A DNA stretch of 64,000 bases from a virus. Lineage: Duplodnaviria > Caudoviricetes. Below are positions 1 through 9,433 of this stretch, piece by piece. The notes under the pieces were generated by a model. The model ran no database searches. It was given only the letters and a program-made list of their open reading frames with translations, and was not told where the DNA came from. The first letter of the stretch is position 1. The number at the start of each line of letters is the position of its first letter. The position numbers were made by a program, and so were the translations under genes. The stretch is from positions 16,415 to 80,414 of the IMG/VR virus record IMGVR_UViG_3300023053_000008. One strand, 5' to 3'.

Positions 1-165
1 ACTACATTTAAAGTCAATATATTAGATGAAATTGGTTTACCTGCCTTTGAAGTCTATAAAAATAGTTATATTGTAATTGATTCTGAAGGTGATATTGAAA
101 TAATGAGTCATTATGCGTTTAACAAAACACTTATCGAATTAGATTTTGATACGGAAGTAGAATAA
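1..165 (+). CDS. 3' end of a hypothetical protein, truncated by the window start
   Basis: Frame 1 is open from base 1 to TAA at 163-165 (TTLKVNILDE...LDFDTEVE), directly before the next ATG at 167; not in the ORF track. Confidence 0.7.
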   Translation, partial: TTFKVNILDEIGLPAFEVYKNSYIVIDSEGDIEIMSHYAFNKTLIELDFDTEVE

Positions 166-166
166 T

Positions 167-361
167 ATGATCTACTTCCTTTATTTTATCAATTTCATAA
201 TAGATAAGATTATATATCTTGTATATGGTTTATGGATAAGTTTATTTGTATGTCAATTAAAAGGTCATGATTGGAGATTCATTGGCGGAGGTTGGATTTT
301 CTGTTCAACTAAGTCATTTGAATGTAAGAGATGTTTTAAGAAGACAGATGATCCGAATTAA
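167..361 (+). CDS. Small membrane-anchored protein with a Cys/His motif (DUF1660-like)
   Basis: Hydrophobic N-terminus followed by CQLKGHDW...FECKRC. Confidence 0.6.
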   Translation: MIYFLYFINFIIDKIIYLVYGLWISLFVCQLKGHDWRFIGGGWIFCSTKSFECKRCFKKTDDPN

Positions 362-376
362 GGGAGAGTATATTAA

Positions 377-3067
377 ATGAAAATTACTTATGCTAAATTT
401 GTTAACTTCATTGGTATTTACGCAGGAATGGGATTAAAAGAATTAGAGATTAAAGATTTCAATATTAAGAATCATCTTACTATGTATTTAGGTGATAACG
501 GTTCAGGTAAAACAACACTATTATCATTAATGACTCCATTCAGGGAAACATATGATGATCGTGATGAAATTGTTCTTGAAGGAGAACCAGGATATAAAGA
601 AATAGATATCCAAGATGGTGAAGATAAATATAAAATTCGTCACTACTATGGTAAGAAGAATAAATCATTCATTGAAAAGAATGGTGAAGAACTCAATGAA
701 AATGGTGGTATTAGAACATTCGAAGCTACTCTTAAAGAAGAGTTAGGTGTTGATAAAGAATACTTAAAGATTGGACGTATTGGTTCTAATGTTACCAACT
801 TTATTGATTTAAAAACTGCTGATCGTAAGAAGTATATGAATAGATTCATTCCATCAATTGATGATTATTTAAAAGCATTTGAAGTAGCAAAATCTAAGTT
901 CAATGAAATGAATAAAGAACTAAAGAGTCTTGCAACACGTTTAGAACGTTATAGTAGCATTGATGATTTAAGAAGCACTAAGAAGGCAATTGTAAAAGCT
1001 ATTAAGAATTCAGATGAGATAGTAAAAGGTTATCAGGAAGAAATATCTGAATTAAAAGGTCAAATTACAGTATTAGCTAAAACAGTTGAAGATATCACTG
1101 ATGAACCTACAAAATATTTAAAGTTAATTAAGAAAGATAACAAAGTAGATAGTGAAGAGTTAGTTAGAGTAGAAGATAGCATTGAAACATTCTATAATAA
1201 ATTTGAGAACTTAAGAAATTATGATGATCAACGTATTATTGAAGTATCTGAAGAAACTAACACACAACTTACAGAATATACTGTATTATTGAATCGTGTT
1301 ATAGAAGATATTGATGAAATTGAAAAAGAAATGATTAAAGTTAAAAATAAAGTATCTGAATATGAAATGAAAAGACGTTCATATGAAAATATTGATGTTG
1401 ATTCTATTGAAAAAGAATTAGAACTTAATGAATTTGATTTAGATTATTATCGAAAAGAATTAAATACTGAACTACTTCAAGAGTGGGATGGTTATACTTT
1501 AGATAGACTAAGAAAGATTGATACAAACATCCAAAGACTTCAAACTACCGTAATGTCTATTAAAGCATCTACTACCGATGGATTTATTAATAAAATTAAT
1601 ATGTCATTAAACTATGCTAAGAAAATTAATGCGGATGAGAAAATCTATACAGAAAAGCAATCTAGAATTGGTTTTATTAAACATAAGATAATTCAAATTG
1701 ATTCTAATAAAGATCTTCTAGAAATATTAGATAATCGTCCAAAGGATTGTGTAATTGATACATGTCCTTTCATTAGTCGTTCAATAGACTATAGAGACAA
1801 TGAATATTCTCAGTTAGATAGCTTAGAAAGTGAATTAAAACAACTTGAAGCAGATGAATCTAAATTAGAAAAGACTCTTAATGAATTAGCTGGTTTCTAT
1901 GAATTGCAACAATCTATATTGAATGCAGAACACCTATTGATTTCAATTGATGATAAAGTTAAAGGTGACTTAACAATGTTAGATATTATTAAAATGAGTT
2001 CATCTAATTTTGATAAGACATTTAATGTTGAACCAATTATCAATGAATTTAATAAAGTAAGAGATATTGAGGTTATTGAAAATAAGATTGAATCTGTTAA
2101 GAATAAATTAGAAGTTGCTAAAGAAAAAAGAGAAATGTATAACACTATGAGTCAAGAGTTAGAATCCCTAGAAGAAAGATATAATGATTTAAGTGCTAAG
2201 AGAAATGAATTAGCTAAGAATCGTGTTATATATGAAAGTAAAACTAAGAGTATGTCTAAAAAGATTTCTATCTTACAAACATTAAAACAAGATAGAGATT
2301 ATGCAACATCTCTTAGAAATCATATCGATGCAAGAAATTCTCAAATTGATAAAATTGAGGATACAGTTGAAGTAATTGAGGAAATTGAATTAGAGATTGG
2401 AGAATTAAATCATAAACGTATCCAAGAAACTAATAATGTATTAAATGTATTTAAAGATAAACTAGAAAAAGCTGATAAAGATATTACTATTGTTGAAGAT
2501 ATTCTTGCACGACTAAAGGATATTGAAGTTAAATTTGATACCTATAAAACAATTAAAGAATCTCTTGATCCTAAATCTGGTATACCTTTATTCTTTATTG
2601 ATAATTATCTTAAAGATATCGCTACTCGTGCAAATGAATTATTATCACTAGCATATGATAGTAAATTTAGAATTAAGTTTGAAATTACAGAAAGCGACTT
2701 CTTTATTCAAGTATATAAATCGGATGGTACATTCTTAAAAGATATCAGTAAAGCTTCACAAGGTGAAACATCATTAACAAATATTTCTCTATCCCTAGCT
2801 ATGATGGAGAAAATGATTCAGAAATATAATATCGTTTATATTGATGAAGGGGATTCAACATTATCAGTTCAAAATAGACGTATATTCATTGATTTATTAG
2901 AAGTACAACGTAAACGTTTAAATATTGAGCAGATTCATTTAATTTCACATAATGAAGAGTTTGATTCACAACCTTTAGATTTAATTCTTCTGAATGGACA
3001 TAGAGTAGTTCTTGATGATGAAGAATTCATGGAAGGTAAAAATGTTCTATTTAAAGTAGGTAACTAA
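377..3067 (+). CDS. sbcC: SbcC/Rad50-like SMC ATPase (recombination nuclease subunit)
   Basis: Walker A GDNGSGKTT, long coiled coils, central Cys hook (DCVIDTCPF), signature SQGE, Walker B IVYIDEGD, H-loop ISHN; RBS GGGAG. Confidence 0.93.
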   Translation: MKITYAKFVNFIGIYAGMGLKELEIKDFNIKNHLTMYLGDNGSGKTTLLSLMTPFRETYDDRDEIVLEGEPGYKEIDIQDGEDKYKIRHYYGKKNKSFIEKNGEELNENGGIRTFEATLKEELGVDKEYLKIGRIGSNVTNFIDLKTADRKKYMNRFIPSIDDYLKAFEVAKSKFNEMNKELKSLATRLERYSSIDDLRSTKKAIVKAIKNSDEIVKGYQEEISELKGQITVLAKTVEDITDEPTKYLKLIKKDNKVDSEELVRVEDSIETFYNKFENLRNYDDQRIIEVSEETNTQLTEYTVLLNRVIEDIDEIEKEMIKVKNKVSEYEMKRRSYENIDVDSIEKELELNEFDLDYYRKELNTELLQEWDGYTLDRLRKIDTNIQRLQTTVMSIKASTTDGFINKINMSLNYAKKINADEKIYTEKQSRIGFIKHKIIQIDSNKDLLEILDNRPKDCVIDTCPFISRSIDYRDNEYSQLDSLESELKQLEADESKLEKTLNELAGFYELQQSILNAEHLLISIDDKVKGDLTMLDIIKMSSSNFDKTFNVEPIINEFNKVRDIEVIENKIESVKNKLEVAKEKREMYNTMSQELESLEERYNDLSAKRNELAKNRVIYESKTKSMSKKISILQTLKQDRDYATSLRNHIDARNSQIDKIEDTVEVIEEIELEIGELNHKRIQETNNVLNVFKDKLEKADKDITIVEDILARLKDIEVKFDTYKTIKESLDPKSGIPLFFIDNYLKDIATRANELLSLAYDSKFRIKFEITESDFFIQVYKSDGTFLKDISKASQGETSLTNISLSLAMMEKMIQKYNIVYIDEGDSTLSVQNRRIFIDLLEVQRKRLNIEQIHLISHNEEFDSQPLDLILLNGHRVVLDDEEFMEGKNVLFKVGN

Positions 3068-3073
3068 TAAACT

Positions 3074-3107
3074 GGTAAGGAATGATATTAATTTATCGTT
3101 CCTTACC
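3074..3107 (+). terminator. Hairpin after sbcC
   Basis: GGTAAGGAA...TTCCTTACC inverted repeat; U-tract is weak. Confidence 0.55.
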
Positions 3108-3125
3108 TAATCTCTGGAGGACATC

Positions 3126-3587
3126 ATGGTAAGAATAAAAGTATGTAAACATTGTTGGCAACCTAAGGAATTATATAATGACTATTATAAAGGTAAAACC
3201 AATATATGTAAAAAATGTTTTAGTGAACAAAGAAAGAAAAGATATAGAGAGGATTCTGAATTTAGAGAAAAGATTAGACAAAGAAATTTTAATAGAGATC
3301 CAGAATATGTAAGAGCGCATGCAAAGAAATATAGAACAGAGCAGAAAGAAAGATATCTTAAAACACAAAGAACTTATCGAGGAAATTTAGATAAGAGAAT
3401 TAGAGAAGAATTAGGTGATACAATTGTACATGGAAGATTCACTGAAGAGGAAACTCAATTATTCTTAAAGACAATGTATTTACCGATGTATGACCAATGC
3501 ATACTTCTTAAAAGAACTCTTGGTAGCATTTCATATAAGAGAAAGTATGTTAGAAAAAAGGAAAGAGAAAATATGAATATATTATAA
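3126..3587 (+). CDS. Zn-finger plus Myb/HTH-like putative DNA-binding protein
   Basis: CKHC...CKKC at the N-terminus, basic helix, C-terminal RFTEEET...LKRTLGSISYKR; RBS GGAGG. Confidence 0.6.
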   Translation: MVRIKVCKHCWQPKELYNDYYKGKTNICKKCFSEQRKKRYREDSEFREKIRQRNFNRDPEYVRAHAKKYRTEQKERYLKTQRTYRGNLDKRIREELGDTIVHGRFTEEETQLFLKTMYLPMYDQCILLKRTLGSISYKRKYVRKKERENMNIL

Positions 3588-3651
3588 TATAGAATGACAA
3601 ATTTGTTAACCATCATTACTATTTATTAACTTAGAAAATAAAAATTGTAAT

Positions 3652-3663
3652 AACAAAAAGTTA
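3652..3663 (+). promoter_or_regulatory. AR9-type late promoter motif AACA-N6-TA
   Basis: AACA AAAAGT TA just upstream of the polB RBS. Confidence 0.7.
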
Positions 3664-3685
3664 TATTCATACTAGGAGGAGAACT

Positions 3686-5383
3686 ATGGGATATCAATTA
3701 ATTAACACACTTTATTGGAATCGTGTCGAAGGAGAAAAAGGTGACAAACTAGTATTCGTACTAAAGGATGAGAAAGGTAATAAATCTTTCCAGATAGTTG
3801 AAAAACCAGTTGTTACTTATTACATGACTAAGCCAGAACACTGGGGAGATGATATTGGTGTTTATTTAGATGAACAACATACAATTAGCTATGTTCCAAT
3901 GGATAAAGTAACTCCTGTCAAGGCTTATTATAAAGACTTATATCCTTCAATTTATAGAAACCTTAAAGATTCTAGATTAGAATCATTCTATAAAGAAACT
4001 TTAGCATCTGGTAATCAGATTAATAAAAAGCTTCGACAGATGCATTTAGATGATAGATTACATGGTTCGGATATCAATGTTCAAGATTATTATATAGCGC
4101 AATTCTTAAAGAAATATAATTATGAAGAAAACTTCAATGGTATCACTAAGACCTTCTTCGATATCGAGGTTGATATTGCAGACTTAGAAGGATTCCCTGA
4201 TCCAGAGAAAGCTGAAGTACCAGTAAACGTAATTACACTTGTTGATGAACAAACGCTTACATCTTATTCATACTGTTTAAAATATGAACATGATGGTTAC
4301 AATAAAGTAATGCGTGATAAAGAAGCATTTAAGAAACGTCTTAAACAGAAATATAAGAATATTGAAGAGAAATTAGGCAAACCACTTAATTTTGAAATTA
4401 TTGAATTTGATGATGAGTTAGAATTAATTACAGCATTCTTTGATGCAATTAATAAAGATATTAAACCTGACTTCTGTTGTGCTTGGAATATCGCATTTGA
4501 CTTTGTTTACCTATACAATCGTATCTTAAACATTGGCGGTAGTACTGAAAAAATTATGTGTGCCGATGAGTTAGTATATAAACAAGCTTATTATAAATTA
4601 GATACACGTAACCAAGATCCTGCAGACCGTTCTGATTCTTATTTCGTTTCTGGATATACAGTATATCTCGACTTAATGTGTCTATATGCCAACTTACGTA
4701 AAGCATCAGGTAAGAAAGAATCATATGCTTTAGACTTTATTGGTGAATTAGAAGTAGGTATGAAGAAAGATAAACTTGAATCTGACTTTAAGACTGTTCA
4801 CTATGATGATTATGAATCATTCTTAACATATAACATTCAAGATACAATAATGTTAATGATGATTGAGATGAAGAATAATGATATTAACGTATATTATACT
4901 ATCTCAATGATAACACAAACACGTATTGAGAAAGCATTGAAGAAGACTATCTGTTTAAGAAATTTTGCAGGCACATTCTACCAAAAATTAGGTTTAGTTA
5001 TCAGTAATAACCGTTCTTCTCAATTCCCTAAACAGGATAAGATTAAAGGGGCATTCGTAGGGGATCCAAATAATATTGATAATATCGGTATGAAGATTGT
5101 TTATAATCCTTCTAATCGTATGTTAGAACTAGTAGTTGACCTTGACTTAGCTTCTCTATATCCAAATATTACAATCACATTTAATATTAGTCCAGAGACT
5201 TGTCTTGGTAAAATCACTGTTAGAGATGCAATGGGTAATGATATTACAGATCAATTTGTCGATGACTATACATCTGGTGATGTTATTAACTTCGGTATCA
5301 AATATCTCGGATTACCAACAGTTGAAGAAATGTATGAAATTATTAAAGAAGCATTAGAAGAAAGTGAAGTTGAAGCGGTATAA
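3686..5383 (+). CDS. polB: Family B DNA polymerase, N-terminal part (3'-5' exonuclease plus motif A) of a split enzyme
   Basis: ExoI FFDIEVD, ExoII WNIAFDFVYLYNR, ExoIII YNIQD, motif A DLDLASLYP; motifs B and C are absent before the stop. Confidence 0.88.
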   Translation: MGYQLINTLYWNRVEGEKGDKLVFVLKDEKGNKSFQIVEKPVVTYYMTKPEHWGDDIGVYLDEQHTISYVPMDKVTPVKAYYKDLYPSIYRNLKDSRLESFYKETLASGNQINKKLRQMHLDDRLHGSDINVQDYYIAQFLKKYNYEENFNGITKTFFDIEVDIADLEGFPDPEKAEVPVNVITLVDEQTLTSYSYCLKYEHDGYNKVMRDKEAFKKRLKQKYKNIEEKLGKPLNFEIIEFDDELELITAFFDAINKDIKPDFCCAWNIAFDFVYLYNRILNIGGSTEKIMCADELVYKQAYYKLDTRNQDPADRSDSYFVSGYTVYLDLMCLYANLRKASGKKESYALDFIGELEVGMKKDKLESDFKTVHYDDYESFLTYNIQDTIMLMMIEMKNNDINVYYTISMITQTRIEKALKKTICLRNFAGTFYQKLGLVISNNRSSQFPKQDKIKGAFVGDPNNIDNIGMKIVYNPSNRMLELVVDLDLASLYPNITITFNISPETCLGKITVRDAMGNDITDQFVDDYTSGDVINFGIKYLGLPTVEEMYEIIKEALEESEVEAV

Positions 5384-5403
5384 TTATACTGCTTCTTCTT
5401 TTT
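5372..5403 (+). terminator. Intrinsic terminator overlapping the polB stop
   Basis: GAAGCGGTA...TACTGCTTC stem followed by a T-rich tract. Confidence 0.65.
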
Positions 5404-5418
5404 AAGGAGGAGAAATGA

Positions 5419-6186
5419 TTGGCAGTTGTTATTGATGATCCTAAAATAGTTAAAGATATTGTAACACTAATTCAGAAAGTGAATCAAGATTATAAAAACA
5501 TTTATGATAGTAATGGGGAATATATTTGGTATGAGGGAACTGTAATGTCATCAAGTAAGAAACAGTTTCCACAATATGTAACATCTGAGGTGAATTATAC
5601 TAATCCTCATATAAAGAAAGGTATACCAGATTTCTTTAGTGAGAATACATTTACGATTCAAGCACAAGAGTTCTTCCAATTTCATAAAGACCATAATACT
5701 ACTTTATTAAAACTAACTATTGATGACGATAATTGTTTTATATTAGAAGCTTCTAGAAAGAAAGAAGAACACATTATTGATGAATTAAGATTCCCATTTA
5801 ATCCAGCAGTTATTGATACTATTAATGATTTTACTGAAAAAGCAGAGGAATTAATGGGTGATGAAATTGCTAGTTTTGAATTTGATGATGAAATCATAAA
5901 TAAGATACTTGATTATAATAACGATCCGTTTAACTTTATACTAGATTTCGATACTAATGAGATAAGTATGTTTAAATACGAATCTGATATTGAATCAGAA
6001 AATTATCTGAATCTGATAAATAATAAGAAATTCATTTCAGGTATTAAGAATGGTTCTGTTGTAGCAACTGAAGGTTTAATTAGTATAAATGAATTCAATG
6101 GAAATGAAAACCTATTCTTCGTTACTCTTACTTTTAATCATAAGGTATTTAAAACGGAGCAAATATTTGTTATAACTGACTTTTAA
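5419..6186 (+). CDS. Hypothetical protein (TTG start)
   Basis: 255 aa ORF, RBS AGGAGG 9 nt before TTG. Confidence 0.75.
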   Translation: MAVVIDDPKIVKDIVTLIQKVNQDYKNIYDSNGEYIWYEGTVMSSSKKQFPQYVTSEVNYTNPHIKKGIPDFFSENTFTIQAQEFFQFHKDHNTTLLKLTIDDDNCFILEASRKKEEHIIDELRFPFNPAVIDTINDFTEKAEELMGDEIASFEFDDEIINKILDYNNDPFNFILDFDTNEISMFKYESDIESENYLNLINNKKFISGIKNGSVVATEGLISINEFNGNENLFFVTLTFNHKVFKTEQIFVITDF

Positions 6187-6191
6187 AGGAT

Positions 6192-6230
6192 AAAAGGTTA
6201 CTTAATTGTAGCCTTTTATTTTTTTTTTAT
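6192..6230 (+). terminator. Intrinsic terminator
   Basis: AAAAGGTTAC...GTAGCCTTTT followed by a long T run. Confidence 0.75.
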
Positions 6231-6255
6231 TCATTTATTTAAAAATTATTTTTGA

Positions 6256-6267
6256 AACATAACAATA
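6256..6267 (+). promoter_or_regulatory. Late promoter motif AACA-N6-TA
   Basis: AACA TAACAA TA upstream of the portal gene. Confidence 0.7.
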
Positions 6268-6306
6268 ATGACAATATTGTAATTTTCATGAAAGGAGTTA
6301 TATAAA

Positions 6307-8517
6307 ATGGCTAAAGGTGAAAATATAATAACTAGAACAGCTAAATCAATAATGAGTCTAGATAAAAAGGTTAACAAAGAACTTTACGGTACGGATGAAG
6401 TAAACGTAAATAATAAAGAATTAGATGAAATTGAATCCGTTATAAGTGACATAAATACAGACCATAAGAAACATACAGGTAAAAACCGTATGGAATTCTT
6501 AGCTCAAGTAGCTTATAATAAGAATAGTAATAAAAATACTGGAGAGAAATTTGATAGTAAAAAGCAAGTAGAATCCATTGAAGAGATGCTAGGAAAAGGC
6601 TCATTAAGTCAATTCTTAGAACTTGAAAAAGATAGAATGGTTCGATATGGTGATTACTACATTATAGATGCTTACATACCAGAGGTTTCTAAATGTTTAG
6701 ATGTCTATAGAGATTCAATTCTATCACCAGATGATTTTACTAAAGAAGCATTAAACTTTCTTTATGATAGTAAAACACAAAATGATAAAGCTAAATCTGT
6801 TGTAGAAAGTAATCTTGACAAGTTAAATGTTAAGTATAAAGTTTCTGAAAAAGCTAAAGATACTGTTAGAACTAGTTTACTTCTTGGTGATTATTTTGTA
6901 GCAGTATTTAAGATACAAGATGAATTAAATAAGATGATTATCAGTGAAGGAAATAAAGATGACCTATTCCTTGAAAGCGGTGAAGAAGAATTCATTCTTA
7001 CTGAATCTCACATTGACATTGATGAAGATTTAGAAAAATTTGTTGCATTAATGGAAGGTAAGGATAATCAAGATAAAGCTGATAAACTTAAAAAAGAAAC
7101 TAAATCTTCTGTAGTTAAAGCAATTAATGATAATATTAAATTCTTCAAAGATCCTTCAGATTTATTATCAGATGCTAAAAAGTCTGCTAAGAAAACTAAA
7201 GGTGAAATTAAGATGACAGGTTCTATTGTTAAGAATCTTAATCCTAAGAATGTTATTAAATTAGAACTCGATGGAGTTAACTTTGGTTATATTTACATTG
7301 AAGAGAATAATATGCAGAACGCTAACAGAGATGTAGCTAGTCTTGTTAATAGTAAAGATTACTTTAATTCAAGCTACAACACTAATGGAAATAGCAAAGG
7401 ATTCAGTAATAAATATGAACTAATCTCTAATATGTTTATCAAAGGTATTTCTAAGAAGATTGATAAGAAATTCATTGAAGATAATAAAGAGTTTAAAGAC
7501 TATATTTATACACTTGTAAAGAATGATTACATCATGGAGAAAGGTATTTCAATTACTTACCTTGAACCAAATACAGTTCATCACTTAAAGATTGATAGTG
7601 CTGATACTTATGGTGTATCTAAGCTTTCAAAATCCTTATTCTTTGCAAAGATTTACCTTGCAGTATTAATTACTACTATTATGCAAAAAATCTCACGAGG
7701 AAGAGATAAACGTGCGGTATATGTAGAAACTGGTTTAGATGCAGATATCGAAGGAGCAATCCAACAGGTTGTTAAAGATATTAAATCTAAAGAAATTACT
7801 GCTGATAGTTTAGGTAATCTTTCTACTGTACTTCAAAAGATGGGTAATTTTGAGGATTACTTTATTCCAATGATTAATGGTGAAAAACCATTAGACATTG
7901 ATACAGTGCCAGGGATGGATGTAGAAGTTGATAATGACTTTATGCAAAACTTATTAAAGTCTATTGTTAGTGGTACAAATACTCCTTTCAACTATATTGA
8001 TGTTTCTGCGGATGTAGACTTTGCTAGATCATTAGCAATGCAAAATAATACATTTGTGCGTTCAGTAATAAGTCATCAGAAAGAAGTAAGTGATTTCTAT
8101 ACAAGTTTATTCAAAGCTTTATATGAGAATGAATATCCTGATGAAACAGTAGATAGTACAACTACTTCTAATGATAAGAAAGAAGCTAAAACAATTAGTG
8201 TAGATACTGATAAAATTAAAGTAGTATTACAAGCACCTGTATATCTTAACATTTCTACATTAAACGATCAAATCAGTAATGCTTCTACTACAGTTGATTA
8301 TGTAGTAAGTAACTACTATTCAGATAGTGATGATGAGGCTAAAAAGAATGAATTTAAACGTCAGGTAACAAGGGATTTATTACCACATATGAATTGGGAT
8401 AAATACGATGCTATATATGACACTGTTACTAAAAATGAAAATCGTGAAGCTATTCAGAAACAATTGACTCCTAATGCTGAAGGAGAAGATAGTTCAGATG
8501 GTGAAATGAGCTTCTAA
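6307..8517 (+). CDS. Portal protein (T4 gp20-like)
   Basis: 736 aa; EDYFIP resembles the T4-type EDYWLP motif; R.R.VY.V clip segment; structural gene neighbourhood. Confidence 0.8.
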   Translation: MAKGENIITRTAKSIMSLDKKVNKELYGTDEVNVNNKELDEIESVISDINTDHKKHTGKNRMEFLAQVAYNKNSNKNTGEKFDSKKQVESIEEMLGKGSLSQFLELEKDRMVRYGDYYIIDAYIPEVSKCLDVYRDSILSPDDFTKEALNFLYDSKTQNDKAKSVVESNLDKLNVKYKVSEKAKDTVRTSLLLGDYFVAVFKIQDELNKMIISEGNKDDLFLESGEEEFILTESHIDIDEDLEKFVALMEGKDNQDKADKLKKETKSSVVKAINDNIKFFKDPSDLLSDAKKSAKKTKGEIKMTGSIVKNLNPKNVIKLELDGVNFGYIYIEENNMQNANRDVASLVNSKDYFNSSYNTNGNSKGFSNKYELISNMFIKGISKKIDKKFIEDNKEFKDYIYTLVKNDYIMEKGISITYLEPNTVHHLKIDSADTYGVSKLSKSLFFAKIYLAVLITTIMQKISRGRDKRAVYVETGLDADIEGAIQQVVKDIKSKEITADSLGNLSTVLQKMGNFEDYFIPMINGEKPLDIDTVPGMDVEVDNDFMQNLLKSIVSGTNTPFNYIDVSADVDFARSLAMQNNTFVRSVISHQKEVSDFYTSLFKALYENEYPDETVDSTTTSNDKKEAKTISVDTDKIKVVLQAPVYLNISTLNDQISNASTTVDYVVSNYYSDSDDEAKKNEFKRQVTRDLLPHMNWDKYDAIYDTVTKNENREAIQKQLTPNAEGEDSSDGEMSF

Positions 8518-8527
8518 ATACTTTAAG

Positions 8528-8563
8528 AACCATAATCTCTAATTAAAGAGATTATGGTTTTTT
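8528..8563. terminator. Terminator between the convergent portal and tail-tube genes
   Basis: AACCATAATCTCT...AGAGATTATGGTT perfect stem plus T run. Confidence 0.8.
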
Positions 8564-8566
8564 ATA

Positions 8567-9367
8567 TTAAATGTCACCTAGACCAGAACCAGTGATACCA
8601 CCAGTTAATTCAAAGTCTTGTAAAGCATTACCTGCAACATCAGAATTCTCAGGATCAAACATACCTTCAGTAACGAATGAGTATGTGTTTCTAAGCATCT
8701 TTTGTGCAAAGCTATCAATACGTGGAGAAAGGTGAAGATTACCTTTAAACGTAATATCAAGTTCTACTAAGTTTCTGTCACCTTGAGAATAGTTAAGGTG
8801 TCCTAATGGAACTTTAGTTGGTAAAACGTTTGTGTAATAAGCGGCAAACTCAATATTCTTTTTATCCACGTTGTTAACGTCAGGACGCATTACAATATAT
8901 AAAAGTTCACCAGTATGGTTTTTAGCGGCATATTCTAAGCCGTATTGACGAGCGTAAGTAGCAATACCCGTTTCTGGATCAGAAATACCAGTTCCCCATA
9001 ATTGGTACATATTCTTGATAGGGCTACCAGAATATTCTTGGTGTTTTAACGTAAAGTCAGTATTATTTTTAGTCATACCTGTAGCTACGTTATATTCATT
9101 ATTGTTGAAACCGTATTGGTAACTTTGAGTTTGTAATTCAAAGTCTCCTAAACCATCAAAACCTTTAAAGTTCTTCTGAGTCATTGCTTTAAAGCCAGGG
9201 TATTCAGTTTCTAACCATTTTGGAATTTTAGTCCAGATAATGAAAGCATAACCTGTAACTAATGGGTCAAAGTTTAATTGTTGTAAGTTTAAACCACCTG
9301 TAAAGAATGATTTATTCTTAGCAATCGTATTATCATAAACACGAATATCCGCACTAGGTTTAATCAT
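8567..9367 (-). CDS. Tail tube protein
   Basis: Immediately downstream of the sheath gene; beta-rich 266 aa with a tube-like pattern (YTNVLPTKVP...ELDITF). Confidence 0.8.
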   Translation of the reverse strand: MIKPSADIRVYDNTIAKNKSFFTGGLNLQQLNFDPLVTGYAFIIWTKIPKWLETEYPGFKAMTQKNFKGFDGLGDFELQTQSYQYGFNNNEYNVATGMTKNNTDFTLKHQEYSGSPIKNMYQLWGTGISDPETGIATYARQYGLEYAAKNHTGELLYIVMRPDVNNVDKKNIEFAAYYTNVLPTKVPLGHLNYSQGDRNLVELDITFKGNLHLSPRIDSFAQKMLRNTYSFVTEGMFDPENSDVAGNALQDFELTGGITGSGLGDI

Positions 9368-9398
9368 TTTACAACCGTCCTTTCATTTATATAAAATT

Positions 9399-9430
9399 AT
9401 ATAGTGTGACTAAAAATAGCCACACTATAT
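9399..9430 (-). terminator. Hairpin between sheath and tube genes
   Basis: ATATAGTGTG...CACACTATAT inverted repeat. Confidence 0.55.
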
Positions 9431-9433
9431 CTA

